The notes under the pieces were generated by a model. The model saw only the letters and a program-made list of their open reading frames with translations. It had not been told where the DNA came from and made no database searches. Shown in pieces: positions 35,881 to 45,654 of a DNA stretch of 64,000 nucleotides (position 1 is the first letter of the stretch; each line of letters opens with the position of its first letter). A program made the translations under genes and the position numbers. The stretch is from Lentisphaera marina (GTDB lineage: Bacteria; Verrucomicrobiota; Lentisphaeria; Lentisphaerales; Lentisphaeraceae), in contig NZ_JAQZZL010000001.1 of the NCBI RefSeq assembly GCF_028745505.1, positions 1,421,818 through 1,485,817 of the forward strand, written 5' to 3'.

Positions 35881-36633
35881 TTATTGCTTAGTGATGAGTA
35901 CGGAGCCACTTTTGTCTGGCATAGGTACAGGAAGTTCGGGCTTATCGGCAAAAAAGTCATCGACCGCTTTACGGGCACCAATCCAAGCATTGTAATCATG
36001 GACGAGAATAATACCCTTTTTGGACATGCGTTCATAGAAGTATTTTAGACCTTCGAAAGTTGGCTCATAGAGGTCGGCATCTAGGTGTACAAAGGCGAAT
36101 TTTTGTTCTGGGAAGTCATCAGGAAGACTATCTGGGAAGTAGCCTTTATGAAAGTGAACGTTGTCATTTTGTGGAGCAATATGAGCGCGGACTTTTCCCA
36201 TTGAGGTATCGGAGAACTTACTGCCTTTAGTTTGGAATTCAGTATGACCTTTTTCAGCCGTTACACTGCGATCGGTAAAACCTTCAAAAGTATCGAAAAG
36301 GTGAAAAGGTCGCTCCGGCATATAGTTGTGAATAAGCTTCGAAGTGTTGCCTTTGTAGACGCCAAGCTCGGCCATGCTGCCTTCAATTTTTTTATCAATG
36401 AGGGTGCGGAGCATGAGTGTGATCATGTCGCGGCGAGTGTTATCCCATGCCTCGAGGTTATTGATACAGCGTTTCACCGATGTTTCTTTTGGGTAAAAGC
36501 CACCAGTCTCTTTTTGAAGATCGGGATTAGTCCAACGCGATTTCGGGTTTATATCCATTTGCCCCTGCATAAAAAAGGAGGTATTTTGGAAAATTGGGGT
36601 AAATTTCTTTAAAATTGACTTAGCGAGTTTCAT
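35881..36633 (-). CDS. Class I SAM-dependent O-methyltransferase, TylF/MycF (macrocin-O-methyltransferase) family
   Basis: MAELGVYKGNTS SAM-binding motif, FDTFEGF and HLDADLYEPT motifs typical of the TylF family. Confidence 0.65.
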   Translation of the reverse strand: MKLAKSILKKFTPIFQNTSFFMQGQMDINPKSRWTNPDLQKETGGFYPKETSVKRCINNLEAWDNTRRDMITLMLRTLIDKKIEGSMAELGVYKGNTSKLIHNYMPERPFHLFDTFEGFTDRSVTAEKGHTEFQTKGSKFSDTSMGKVRAHIAPQNDNVHFHKGYFPDSLPDDFPEQKFAFVHLDADLYEPTFEGLKYFYERMSKKGIILVHDYNAWIGARKAVDDFFADKPELPVPMPDKSGSVLITKQ

Positions 36634-36773
36634 CCGAATCCTAATAATTAAAACTTTTTTTCTATTTTAGCAGTGAGACAAGTTTTAGGCAAATCTCTTT
36701 TGCTTATTGCGCTCGGTTTTGACTCTAAAAAGAGATAAATAAAACCTGAAGTTATCCATCTTAAGTCCAAGCT

Positions 36774-36808
36774 TAAAAGATCCTTAGTTCGTACAGCTTA
36801 AGGATCTT
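36774..36808 (-). terminator. Possible terminator after the lemA-TPM operon
   Basis: 10 bp stem AAGATCCTTA/TAAGGATCTT with a 12 nt loop, followed by only a short T3 tract on the minus strand. Confidence 0.35.
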
Positions 36809-36836
36809 GAGATTAAGTTTTTAAGTCGATTTATAG

Positions 36837-37556
36837 CTACCAACTTCCTGATGAACCACCACCAGAGAAACCGCCACCGCCGCCTCCCCAGCAACCACCG
36901 CCGCCAGAGAAACCACCACCATGTCCACTGCCCATGATGAAGATGCCACCGCCACGTCTGCCTCTAGAAGTGAAATTGAGGATGAAGACAATGATAATGA
37001 TAACTAAAAAGATGAAATCACCAGCAGTTTTTTTCTTCTTTCTAGCGGGCTTGACTTTAGTATTAATCTTCCCACCAGAAGCTTCTGCGCAACTCGCAAT
37101 AATCATTACGGTGCCACCAAAAAAGTCTCCTGTTTTGAAGTAGGGAGGTAGTGCACGTAAGAAATCGCCAGCTTTTGCGTCTGGAATATCACCTTCTAAA
37201 TTTCGTCCGACTTCTAAGCGAGTTTTACGGTCGTTTTTTGAGATGATGAATAAGAGGTCAGATTTATAAGGCGTTTTAAAGGTTTTATCTTTTTCCCATT
37301 CGTCAACGGTTCTAATAGAAAAACTCTCGATAGCTTCCCCTTCAAGACTTTTGATGGTGAGGATAGTCATCGTAATATTGGCTGACTGATGATATTGCTT
37401 TAGAAAAGTAGAGAGTTGCTTTTCTTCTTTATCTGAAAATAATTGCGCTTGGTCAATTATATGAGAATCTAAAGCGGGTCTTTTAGGGATTGCGATTTCA
37501 GCAAAAGTTACATTTGCTAGCACGAACAGAATAAGAGAGAAAAGTTTAATCTTCAT
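36837..37556 (-). CDS. TPM-domain protein (YgcG-like), secreted or membrane-anchored, with Gly-rich C-terminal tail
   Basis: Signal peptide MKIKLFSLILFVLANVTFA; TPM domain; TM; C-terminal GGGFSGGGG repeats; start ATG at 37556 overlaps upstream gene codons. Confidence 0.65.
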   Translation of the reverse strand: MKIKLFSLILFVLANVTFAEIAIPKRPALDSHIIDQAQLFSDKEEKQLSTFLKQYHQSANITMTILTIKSLEGEAIESFSIRTVDEWEKDKTFKTPYKSDLLFIISKNDRKTRLEVGRNLEGDIPDAKAGDFLRALPPYFKTGDFFGGTVMIIASCAEASGGKINTKVKPARKKKKTAGDFIFLVIIIIVFILNFTSRGRRGGGIFIMGSGHGGGFSGGGGCWGGGGGGFSGGGSSGSW

Positions 37557-37974
37557 GAATGATCTCGTTAGATAGTTCATTGACATCATCAGATTGATAA
37601 GGGAAATGAACTTTAAGCTTCTCTCCAATCATTTGTATACCTTCACTTAGGCCATCTGTATAAGCACCATCTTTGAATTGAGTAATCATATGACTGATGA
37701 CATCGTCCCAAAAACAGTCTTCAACGACTTTGTTAATACCTTCATCTCCTAAGACGGCGAGTTTATGGTCTTGGTAACAGAGGGCAATTAGTACGCCATT
37801 TCTTTGTTCAGTTTGATAGAGTTCTTTCTTGTTAAAAACTTCTTGTGCATGCTCATAAATATCGCCTTTGCACTTCTTGCAGAGGTAGAGGACAACTTCA
37901 CCTGAAGTGTTTAATTCAGCAGCACTGATGGCCTCTCCAATCTGAGCTTGTTGCTCTTTGCTGAGAAAATTCAT
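37546..37974 (-). CDS. Cytoplasmic TPM-domain protein
   Basis: 142 aa TPM/DUF477-like domain; ATGA overlap with lemA upstream. Confidence 0.6.
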   Translation of the reverse strand: MNFLSKEQQAQIGEAISAAELNTSGEVVLYLCKKCKGDIYEHAQEVFNKKELYQTEQRNGVLIALCYQDHKLAVLGDEGINKVVEDCFWDDVISHMITQFKDGAYTDGLSEGIQMIGEKLKVHFPYQSDDVNELSNEIIHED

Positions 37975-38549
37975 GATTCGAAATCGACTTTAGGAACTTC
38001 TTTATCCTCAGGGTTTTCAATTTCGAAGAAATCTCGTTTCTCGTAGCCTTGCATGTTAGCGACAATAGATTTAAAGAATTGCCTAATGGCTGTGTTGTAT
38101 GCTTTGACGGTTTCGTTATAGCGTGTTCTAGCAACCGCAATACGGTTTTCTGTGCCAGTGAGTTCATCTTGTAGGCGAATGAAGTTTTGATTGGCTTTTA
38201 GGTCGGGATATTTTTCTACGACTACAAGTAGGCGACTTAAAGCACTATCCATCATGGATGATGCAATAGATTTTTGTTTGACAGTTTTTGCTGAACCGAT
38301 TTTTGCACGAGCTTCGGCAACGGCGGTGAAAATTTCTTTTTCGTGTTTAGCGTAACCTTTTACTGTATTGACCAAATTTGGAAGTAGATCAGCACGACGT
38401 TTTAGCATGTTGTCAATTTCTGATAGTTGCGTGTCACAAGCGACGTCGAGTTTTACAAGTTTGTTGTGTGACATCCAGAAAGTTAAGCCAAGAATGCCAA
38501 GAATTGCTAATGGAGCAATAAAGCAGATTGCAATAATAATTTTTTTCAT
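37971..38549 (-). CDS. lemA: LemA family membrane protein
   Basis: N-terminal TM plus conserved LemA core (RRADLLPNLVNTVKGYAKHEKEIFTAVAEARA...); forms the canonical lemA-TPM-TPM triad. Confidence 0.8.
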   Translation of the reverse strand: MKKIIIAICFIAPLAILGILGLTFWMSHNKLVKLDVACDTQLSEIDNMLKRRADLLPNLVNTVKGYAKHEKEIFTAVAEARAKIGSAKTVKQKSIASSMMDSALSRLLVVVEKYPDLKANQNFIRLQDELTGTENRIAVARTRYNETVKAYNTAIRQFFKSIVANMQGYEKRDFFEIENPEDKEVPKVDFES

Positions 38550-38632
38550 TTAATTTCCCTCGTTTAGTTTTGAGGATTTTACTGCTTCAACAAAACTTTT
38601 CTATATTAGATAAGTAGATAAATGTGAGGATT

Positions 38633-39712
38633 TTAAAAAGTTAGTCCTAAACGTAGGAAATATTTGGTGTCATCTTTTGATCTCGTGCCATTTGGGTGGC
38701 TGACGTACTCTTGATCCATTCCCATATTTAAACTGAGTTTTAGGGTGTCATCCATGGTGAAAGGAATCTCATAACCACTTTCCTGATTGATTATGTAATG
38801 ATTGAAATCATCTATGGCCGGATTGTAGCGTACTTTGCTATAAATGGCGCCCCAAATTTTGGTTTGCCTTTTGAAGCTGACTTCCATTTCTAGACCGTGG
38901 CCAGTGTTATTTCGTTCACTTTCCTTTTGGTAATCTTCGTGGCGCATTGCTAATCCCAGTCGGCTTCGCAGAATATGGCGTTCATCATCTAAAAAATAAT
39001 AGCCCATACCACCCGCTAAATCATAGCGGTTTTGTATGTCTTCAAAACGGTCTTTTTCCCAGCGTGAACGAAGATAGATGGAACTCGGGTCATTTAGGGC
39101 TTTCGGATGCTCATAGTCTGATCCGAGAACGTATTCCTCTTCGTTATTTACTTTATTGTTTTCACCAAGAATGAATGAACCATAATTGAGTAATTTGACA
39201 CCGTCTCGCTCCCAGCCAATTGATCCACCGCCACGATAATTTTCTTTATCGGAGTTGCCGGTTTGTTTCGCCAAGTTTAAATAGAGCTTATACTCCCAAG
39301 GACTGACAGGTTTTAAGTAAGAAGGGTGGTTAGCACCGAGTTCCCACAAAGAGAGAATTGATTGAGTTTGTATATTATCTAAGTCATTAGGCACAAAGAC
39401 AGATTCTTGCTCCAGTAATTCGTCTTTGGATGGGAGGATTAAAGTGTTTTCAATAGTGTATTTTATATTGCCTTGAGTGGTTTCGTGCTCATCGTATTCA
39501 ATGTTTTTCGGAGAGTCAGTTTCGTAAGAGTCAACATGAACCACAGGCACAATAATAAGCCCACTAAATGCCGTTTCTATACTGAGCTGATCTTTATAAA
39601 CTTTTTTGATAGTACCAAAAATTCTTGAACCATCAGTTAATCGAATTATATCAGCATTTATTTGCGAGCTTACGCATAAGAAAAATAATAATTGAAAAAA
39701 CTTTCCAAGCAT
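38633..39712 (-). CDS. DUF481-family (YdiY-like) putative outer-membrane protein with N-terminal extra domain
   Basis: Signal peptide; N-terminal about 70 aa beta-rich domain (IRLTDGSRIFGTIKKVYKDQLSIETAFSGLIIVPV); C-terminal DUF481-like beta-barrel ending in F. Confidence 0.45.
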   Translation of the reverse strand: MLGKFFQLLFFLCVSSQINADIIRLTDGSRIFGTIKKVYKDQLSIETAFSGLIIVPVVHVDSYETDSPKNIEYDEHETTQGNIKYTIENTLILPSKDELLEQESVFVPNDLDNIQTQSILSLWELGANHPSYLKPVSPWEYKLYLNLAKQTGNSDKENYRGGGSIGWERDGVKLLNYGSFILGENNKVNNEEEYVLGSDYEHPKALNDPSSIYLRSRWEKDRFEDIQNRYDLAGGMGYYFLDDERHILRSRLGLAMRHEDYQKESERNNTGHGLEMEVSFKRQTKIWGAIYSKVRYNPAIDDFNHYIINQESGYEIPFTMDDTLKLSLNMGMDQEYVSHPNGTRSKDDTKYFLRLGLTF

Positions 39713-40830
39713 TAGAAATTAAGCAAAAGTTTTAGATAGAATTCGTTATCAGCTTTTTCACTTTCGTCAGAAGGCATGCTGGTATATTCACGGTTGTAGC
39801 CGACTTTTAAACTGAGTGTCATTGTCTCCGACAATTTGAACGGCAATTCATGGCTGATATCTAAATAATAAATATAATCTTCATTGGGATCTTCAAAAAC
39901 AGGTGCATATAAGGCTTCTGTCCTAAATTTCCCCCATTGTCCAAAGTTTTTAATAAAGAGTGCCTGGAAATCACCAGCGAGTTTTTCATTGTCGGCACTA
40001 TCGTTTTCACGGTAGCGTTCGACCCTTTCAGCTATACCTGCACGAGTTCTAAGTGTTATATCTTTTTCATCACGTAAAAAATAATGACTGTAACCACCAG
40101 CTAATGTATGTCGGGCTTCTAGATCATCAAAACGGTCTTTTTCCCAGCGATAACGTGCATACCATGCTTGCATGTGGTCTAGGCTGATTGGTGTTTTGTA
40201 GTCAAAACCGCCAGTATACTCTTCGTCGGTATTGGCACCATTTTTATTGCCTAAATCGAAGGCGGCAAAGAGTTCGAATACTGTTCCATCTTTTTCATAT
40301 TTGGCTTTAAATCCCCCTTCGTATTCATCTTCATCGGTATTGCCAGTTTCTTTGAGTATATTAAGGTCAATTGTGTAATTCCATAATTTCAGAGGTTTGA
40401 CGTAATCTGGGTGTTTACTGCCTATAGGCCACAAGTTTTTAAAATCTTCAGTGGAAAGGATAGGCTCAAGTGCATCAACTTTTGTTGTTTCGTTTTCTTT
40501 CTTTGGGGCGGTGTCGGATTTCTTGAAATCTTTCTCGTTAACTTGTTTTTTTGGAGTGATCAGGGCTTGGCCATCATGATATTTCACTAAGCCAACAGCA
40601 GTTTGTCTGTTGTCGAATTCTAGGTTGGCTTCTTTTTCAGTTTTAAAAGATTCAACTTTGCTAAGTTGAATGATGATTTCACCAGCAAAATCAGTTTGAA
40701 AGGTAATTGAGCCTTTGGTGATTTTTGTGATGGTTCCTGGAAGAGTTGCACCATTTTTCAGGGTAACTTCGTCGGCATTTAGTGTGCAAAAACTTAGTAT
40801 AAGTAATAAACTTATTAATTTGAAATACAT
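39712..40830 (-). CDS. DUF481-family putative outer-membrane protein (tandem paralogue)
   Basis: Same architecture as the downstream gene (N-terminal VTLKNGATLPGTITKITKGSITFQTDFAGEIIIQL domain plus DUF481-like barrel ending LLLNF). Confidence 0.45.
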   Translation of the reverse strand: MYFKLISLLLILSFCTLNADEVTLKNGATLPGTITKITKGSITFQTDFAGEIIIQLSKVESFKTEKEANLEFDNRQTAVGLVKYHDGQALITPKKQVNEKDFKKSDTAPKKENETTKVDALEPILSTEDFKNLWPIGSKHPDYVKPLKLWNYTIDLNILKETGNTDEDEYEGGFKAKYEKDGTVFELFAAFDLGNKNGANTDEEYTGGFDYKTPISLDHMQAWYARYRWEKDRFDDLEARHTLAGGYSHYFLRDEKDITLRTRAGIAERVERYRENDSADNEKLAGDFQALFIKNFGQWGKFRTEALYAPVFEDPNEDYIYYLDISHELPFKLSETMTLSLKVGYNREYTSMPSDESEKADNEFYLKLLLNF

Positions 40831-40909
40831 ATTCTATCCATGGAATGATTTTTAATTTTTTGCAACTGTACTTGCAGTCTAAGCTTTAGGCAAGAATAAA
40901 ATATTTTTT

Positions 40910-41665
40910 TTATGATTGTAGCACAATGAGGGTGGGCCAAATCAAAGCGAGATCGTATTGGAAATGAGACGCATGGATTTTTTTTGCAAATAAAATATGA
41001 ATGAGTGCTAAAGCAAAGCCCCATTCGTTTAAATAAACGCAGAGAATGACATAAATAGAGCATAATAAATAAATGTAAGCGTTCGCTTGTTCAGAAGTGT
41101 TGGCAAGTGTTTTTATCTTGTTCTTGGAGTCGCCTTTTTGGTCTAATTGATCACAGGCAATGACGTTGATGAAGGCCAAAATAAAACAAAGGATAAAAAG
41201 TTTGAAGTTAAGTTCTGGATAAGGTAAAACGGCCGTGATTAATGCCCATGAAAAGGCAATACTAAATTCTTTAGCTAGAAAAATCTCTTTCAGTCTTTTT
41301 TTTGAGAAATAGAGTTTTGGGGAAAGATAGAGAAATGTGGGGATGCTGGCAATGATCAAAGCTAATATTTGAAATTTTGATAGGAAGAAAACAAAATATG
41401 AGCAAGCTAATATAGATAGGAAACAGGTATATCGAATAGTCGTTTGATTCTTTTGTAAATAAATACGACGTTGAGGATGGTTGATTATATCTTCTGGGGA
41501 TTTTTGATAAACACGCTCAATATTGTAGGTGAAAAAACAAGCGAAGTAAATGAAAAACATTAAGTACCATTGCGTAGGCTCTCTATTGTATGCATAAAGG
41601 CTTGTTACAATACAGGTGATTTGGCTAGTGTGGATAAAAGTAGCTTTTGCTTTGCTAAACCACAT
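40910..41665 (-). CDS. Polytopic integral membrane protein of unknown function
   Basis: About 7 predicted TM helices; a DQLDQKGD Asp-rich patch is weakly reminiscent of UbiA-type prenyltransferases, but the protein is short. Confidence 0.35.
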   Translation of the reverse strand: MWFSKAKATFIHTSQITCIVTSLYAYNREPTQWYLMFFIYFACFFTYNIERVYQKSPEDIINHPQRRIYLQKNQTTIRYTCFLSILACSYFVFFLSKFQILALIIASIPTFLYLSPKLYFSKKRLKEIFLAKEFSIAFSWALITAVLPYPELNFKLFILCFILAFINVIACDQLDQKGDSKNKIKTLANTSEQANAYIYLLCSIYVILCVYLNEWGFALALIHILFAKKIHASHFQYDLALIWPTLIVLQS

Positions 41666-42823
41666 TTAGTTAATTTGTTTTAGTATTTCTTCTTTGCTAA
41701 AGCCTTCGATTTGAAGGATTGCGGAGCGATCTAAAATATGGCGAAATTCAGGGCTAGGTTTTATATTCATTTTATGAAGGTCACCTCCATTAATTAGCGG
41801 CTTGTTTATAGCCTCATAAATTTGATCGAGTTTTTCTAGTGTTTGATCAAGGGTAGGGGTCGCTTGTGAATGTTGAATCACATTTTGAAGATAATTGATC
41901 AGGCGTGGGGCGTTATCACCACATGCTTTTAATATTTGATATGAATTCTCAAGAGAAAACTCTTCATGCATAAAATAGGGGGCATGTTGTACTAGTTGGC
42001 AGGAGAAACGAATGATTGATCGACTAAGTTTGTATTCGCGACAAACTTCTTCAACGCGATCTCTATTAGCAATTGGGCGAAAGAGGGACGCGAAATAACT
42101 TTCTACGTCAAACTGAGCTGCACGGCCAACTTCTTCCCACCAAAGTTCATTTGCATGGTGATCGCTAGTTCGTTTAAAGAGGTTTTCTAAAATATTCATC
42201 GAATAGAGAACTTTTAGAAATTCTTTTGCGTGTGCTTGAGCTTTTTTAAATTCATCACTAATACGTTCAACTGAAACATGTTCGATGATTTTTGGAGCAA
42301 GGTGTTTAGCTGCGATCAAGAGTTCAGTATCAATGGACATGTTAAGTCGGGAGGCAAAGCGGGCAGCTCGAATAATGCGTAAATAGTCTTCTGAGAAACG
42401 TTCTTCAGCTAGGCCGACTGTTTTGAGGATTTTATTTTCTAAATCTTGCTGTCCCTGAAAAGGGTCGATAATTTCATTTCGGAGTAGGGCAATTGCATTG
42501 ATAGTGAAATCTCGGCGAGAGAGATCTTCTTCAATTGTTTTTGAAAAGCTGACATTCGCATTGCGACCATCGCAAGAAACATCAGTTCTGAAAGTGGTGT
42601 GTTCGTAGGCTTTACCATCAATTAAAACTGTGACAGTGCCATGCTCAATACCCGTGTCAAAAGTTTTGTGCCCAAGACTCTTACAAAGTTTCTTGAAGTC
42701 GTGAGGGTGAATTGCAGAAGCAATATCTACATCACAAACATCAATCCCTAAAAGCTGGTCACGAACGGCGCCACCGACAATATAGATATCCTGATCAAAA
42801 ATTTTACAAAAATCAGGGAACAT
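41666..42823 (-). CDS. cca: CCA-adding tRNA nucleotidyltransferase / poly(A) polymerase family protein
   Basis: Pol-beta-type motif IVGGAVRDQLLGIDVCDVDIA, RRDFTINA motif and downstream tRNA-NT head/neck helices. Confidence 0.8.
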   Translation of the reverse strand: MFPDFCKIFDQDIYIVGGAVRDQLLGIDVCDVDIASAIHPHDFKKLCKSLGHKTFDTGIEHGTVTVLIDGKAYEHTTFRTDVSCDGRNANVSFSKTIEEDLSRRDFTINAIALLRNEIIDPFQGQQDLENKILKTVGLAEERFSEDYLRIIRAARFASRLNMSIDTELLIAAKHLAPKIIEHVSVERISDEFKKAQAHAKEFLKVLYSMNILENLFKRTSDHHANELWWEEVGRAAQFDVESYFASLFRPIANRDRVEEVCREYKLSRSIIRFSCQLVQHAPYFMHEEFSLENSYQILKACGDNAPRLINYLQNVIQHSQATPTLDQTLEKLDQIYEAINKPLINGGDLHKMNIKPSPEFRHILDRSAILQIEGFSKEEILKQIN

Positions 42824-43420
42824 TCAGAGACTCTCCAAAGTGAAGACAGAGAATTCCGAGAATAAATTTTTATTGAAGGACCTTAGGAAGTGTTCACCGC
42901 CTGGGCAGACATTGGTAATACGAAAGTCTTCTTTTTCACACATGGAGTAAAAGTCGCGTATGGAACCTAAATGGATGTTGGGTGTGTTATACCACTCGTA
43001 GGGGAGGTGCTTGGTGTTGGGCATCATACCTCTTAGCATGATTTGAAGTCTTGATTTCCAATAAGCTAAATTATGCACTGAGACAATGACTTTTTTACCA
43101 ACTCGTAATGCTTCACGAATAAGTTTATCGGGATTATGTACTTGTTGCATAGTTTGGCTAATGACGACAAAATCAAAACTCTTGTCTTGGAAAAAACTCA
43201 TACCTTCTTCTAGATCCAGCTGTAGGACAGGCACGGCATTGGCAATACAGTCAATCACTTCTTGCTGACTTACATCAATTCCTTGGACTTCACATTTTTT
43301 TTCGAGTTTGAGGTGCTTAAGAAGTTTGCCTTTTCCGCAACCAAGATCAAGGACACGTGATTTTTTATCAATGAGTGACGTGATGATGGAGAAGTTGGCG
43401 TCTAGTAACTGTTTATGCAT
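42824..43420 (-). CDS. metW: Methionine biosynthesis protein MetW (SAM-dependent methyltransferase fold)
   Basis: LDLGCGKGKLL SAM motif, about 198 aa, immediately downstream of and overlapping metX as in metXW operons. Confidence 0.75.
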   Translation of the reverse strand: MHKQLLDANFSIITSLIDKKSRVLDLGCGKGKLLKHLKLEKKCEVQGIDVSQQEVIDCIANAVPVLQLDLEEGMSFFQDKSFDFVVISQTMQQVHNPDKLIREALRVGKKVIVSVHNLAYWKSRLQIMLRGMMPNTKHLPYEWYNTPNIHLGSIRDFYSMCEKEDFRITNVCPGGEHFLRSFNKNLFSEFSVFTLESL

Positions 43421-44570
43421 CAGCGAAACTCTCTTGTTGTTGAGCGAGGAAGTTACTGATGATGGGAGCTAAAATATCAACCTCAAGTAAAAAAGCGTCG
43501 TGGCCTGCATCACTTTTAATATTACAGTATGTTGCAGTGCGATGATTCTCGGCGAGTGCATTGACGATTTCGACTGATTGATAAGGGGGGAATAGCCAAT
43601 CGCTTGAAAAAGAGACAATACAAAACTGACAGAGACTCTTAGCTAAAGCGTGAGCAAGAGTCTTTTTCTCTCCTTCTTCAGCCAGATTGAAGTAATCCAT
43701 AGCACGGGTGATGTAGAGGTAGGCATTGGCGTCAAAGCGATTGACGAACTGTCGACCTTGATAGTTAAGGTAGCTTTCTACTTGGAAATTATGGCTAAAT
43801 TCGTAATTGACGTCGTCCATTTCTTGAAGTTTACGTCCAAATTTATTTTGCATTGAGGCATCAGATAAGTAAGTCATGTGTGCAATCATCCGTGCAATAG
43901 ACAAGCCTTTCTCGGGTTGACTGCCACTTGGGTAATTGCCTTCTTGGAAGTTTTCATCTTTTCTGATTGATTCACGCCCGACCCAGTTAAAGCCGATACT
44001 TAATGGCGAGCATTGTGCGGCCGTGGCAATGGGAATGCATGAGTGAACTTTGTCAGGGTAAGATACAGCCCATTGCAATGCTTGCATGCCCCCCAAGGAA
44101 CCACCAGCAACGGCGAGCCATTTATCAATCTCAAGGTGTTTCATGAGTTCGTGCTGAACATTGACCATGTCGTGTATTGTGGTCATGGGAAAATCGAGAT
44201 TATAAGCTTCGCCAGTTTCGGGGCAGATAGACTGTGGGCCTGTAGTGCCATAGCATGAGCTCAAGATGTTGCTGCAGACAATGAAATATTTATTCGTGTC
44301 AAAGCTTTTGCCAGGACCAATCATTTCATCCCACCAGCCGGGTTTGCGGTCATCCTCTGAATGACGTCCTGCGGCATGGGCGGAACCAGTTAGGGCATGG
44401 CAAATGAGAACAGCATTATTTTTTTCGGCATTGAGTTGGCCGTAACTTTCAAAGCACACGTCAACTTTACTGAGGCTTTTGCCGCAGCGAAGTTGAAAGG
44501 CTTGCTCTTTTGAAGCAAAGCTAAAAAACTGTTCTTTAACAAGCATTAACCGCAAGTGCTTGGGGCACAA
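43413..44570 (-). CDS. metX: Homoserine O-acetyltransferase
   Basis: Alpha/beta-hydrolase with MetX hallmarks (NAVLICHALTGSAHAAG; nucleophile elbow GGSLGGMQALQWA; C-terminal DxxH region). Confidence 0.85.
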   Translation of the reverse strand: MCPKHLRLMLVKEQFFSFASKEQAFQLRCGKSLSKVDVCFESYGQLNAEKNNAVLICHALTGSAHAAGRHSEDDRKPGWWDEMIGPGKSFDTNKYFIVCSNILSSCYGTTGPQSICPETGEAYNLDFPMTTIHDMVNVQHELMKHLEIDKWLAVAGGSLGGMQALQWAVSYPDKVHSCIPIATAAQCSPLSIGFNWVGRESIRKDENFQEGNYPSGSQPEKGLSIARMIAHMTYLSDASMQNKFGRKLQEMDDVNYEFSHNFQVESYLNYQGRQFVNRFDANAYLYITRAMDYFNLAEEGEKKTLAHALAKSLCQFCIVSFSSDWLFPPYQSVEIVNALAENHRTATYCNIKSDAGHDAFLLEVDILAPIISNFLAQQQESFADA

Positions 44571-45652
44571 CCTTCAGCTTTAGTAGTTTTTGGGTTGAGA
44601 ATAGAAGGGTTGTCATCAATAGAGAATTTTTGTGATGAAGCTTCATCATCTTCAATATTAAAAGCTTCTTCATTTTCAATCTCAAAGCCAGCATCTTTAA
44701 TGAGGCGGAAAACTTTGTTTTTACGGTCGCCACGAGTCACTAAGTAACCTTCGACAAAAACTGAGTTAGCAGCATAGAGTGCGAGACTTTGAAGTCCGCG
44801 TAAATGACCTTCACGACCACCGCCCATACGTATTTCGGCTTTTGGGTTGAGGAATCTGAAGAGACATAAGATGCGAACGCAACGGATAGGATCTAATTGA
44901 TCAAAGTCAAAAATACGATTGCCTTCAACAGGGACTAGGAAATTGACTGGGATAGAGGGGACGCCGAGACGACGAACTTCTAGAGCTACATCAACGACAT
45001 CATTATCACTTTCGCCCATGCCAGCAATCATACCAGAGCAGTTTTCCAAGCCAGCTTTACGTGAATTACGCAAAGTTTCTAGGCGGTCTTCGTATGTGTG
45101 AGTTGTGACAATCTCTGGAGTGTGAGACTCTGAGGTGTTGAGATTGTGATTGAGGCGATCAAGTCCAGCTTCTTTAAGCTTTTTAGCTTGCTCATATTCA
45201 ACAAATCCAGCCGATAGGCAAGTCTTGATGCCAACTTCGTCTTGGATGCGTTTAATGATGTTGGCAAATTGGTCGGTACGTTTTTCGTTTAAGCCAGTTC
45301 CAGATGATACCATGCAGTAACGGTAAACGCCACGTTCTTTAGCTTGACGTGCTTCTTCAACAATTTCATCTTCTGGTTTAAGAGCGTACTTATTGACTGG
45401 TAGGTCAGAATCTTTTGATTGACCACAATAACCACAGTCTTCAGGACAAAGGCCATTTTGTACATTGTTGATTTGATGGATTTTCACTTTTTTACCAAAA
45501 GTTTTTGTGCGGACATCACCTGCTGCCGAAGCGAGCTTGAGAAGGTCAAGTTCCGGAGATGCGAGGATTTCTAAGCATTCTTCACGAGTGAAGTCCTCAT
45601 TAGCGAGAGCTTTACTAGTCCATAATTGATATTTGCTTGACTCTGAAGTCAT
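44546..45652 (-). CDS. bioB: Biotin synthase (radical SAM) with acidic C-terminal extension
   Basis: CxxxCxxC radical-SAM cluster motif CPEDCGYCGQS, YCMVSSG and downstream BioB core; about 40 aa D/E-rich tail ending CAPSTCG. Confidence 0.85.
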   Translation of the reverse strand: MTSESSKYQLWTSKALANEDFTREECLEILASPELDLLKLASAAGDVRTKTFGKKVKIHQINNVQNGLCPEDCGYCGQSKDSDLPVNKYALKPEDEIVEEARQAKERGVYRYCMVSSGTGLNEKRTDQFANIIKRIQDEVGIKTCLSAGFVEYEQAKKLKEAGLDRLNHNLNTSESHTPEIVTTHTYEDRLETLRNSRKAGLENCSGMIAGMGESDNDVVDVALEVRRLGVPSIPVNFLVPVEGNRIFDFDQLDPIRCVRILCLFRFLNPKAEIRMGGGREGHLRGLQSLALYAANSVFVEGYLVTRGDRKNKVFRLIKDAGFEIENEEAFNIEDDEASSQKFSIDDNPSILNPKTTKAEGCAPSTCG

Positions 45653-45654
45653 TG

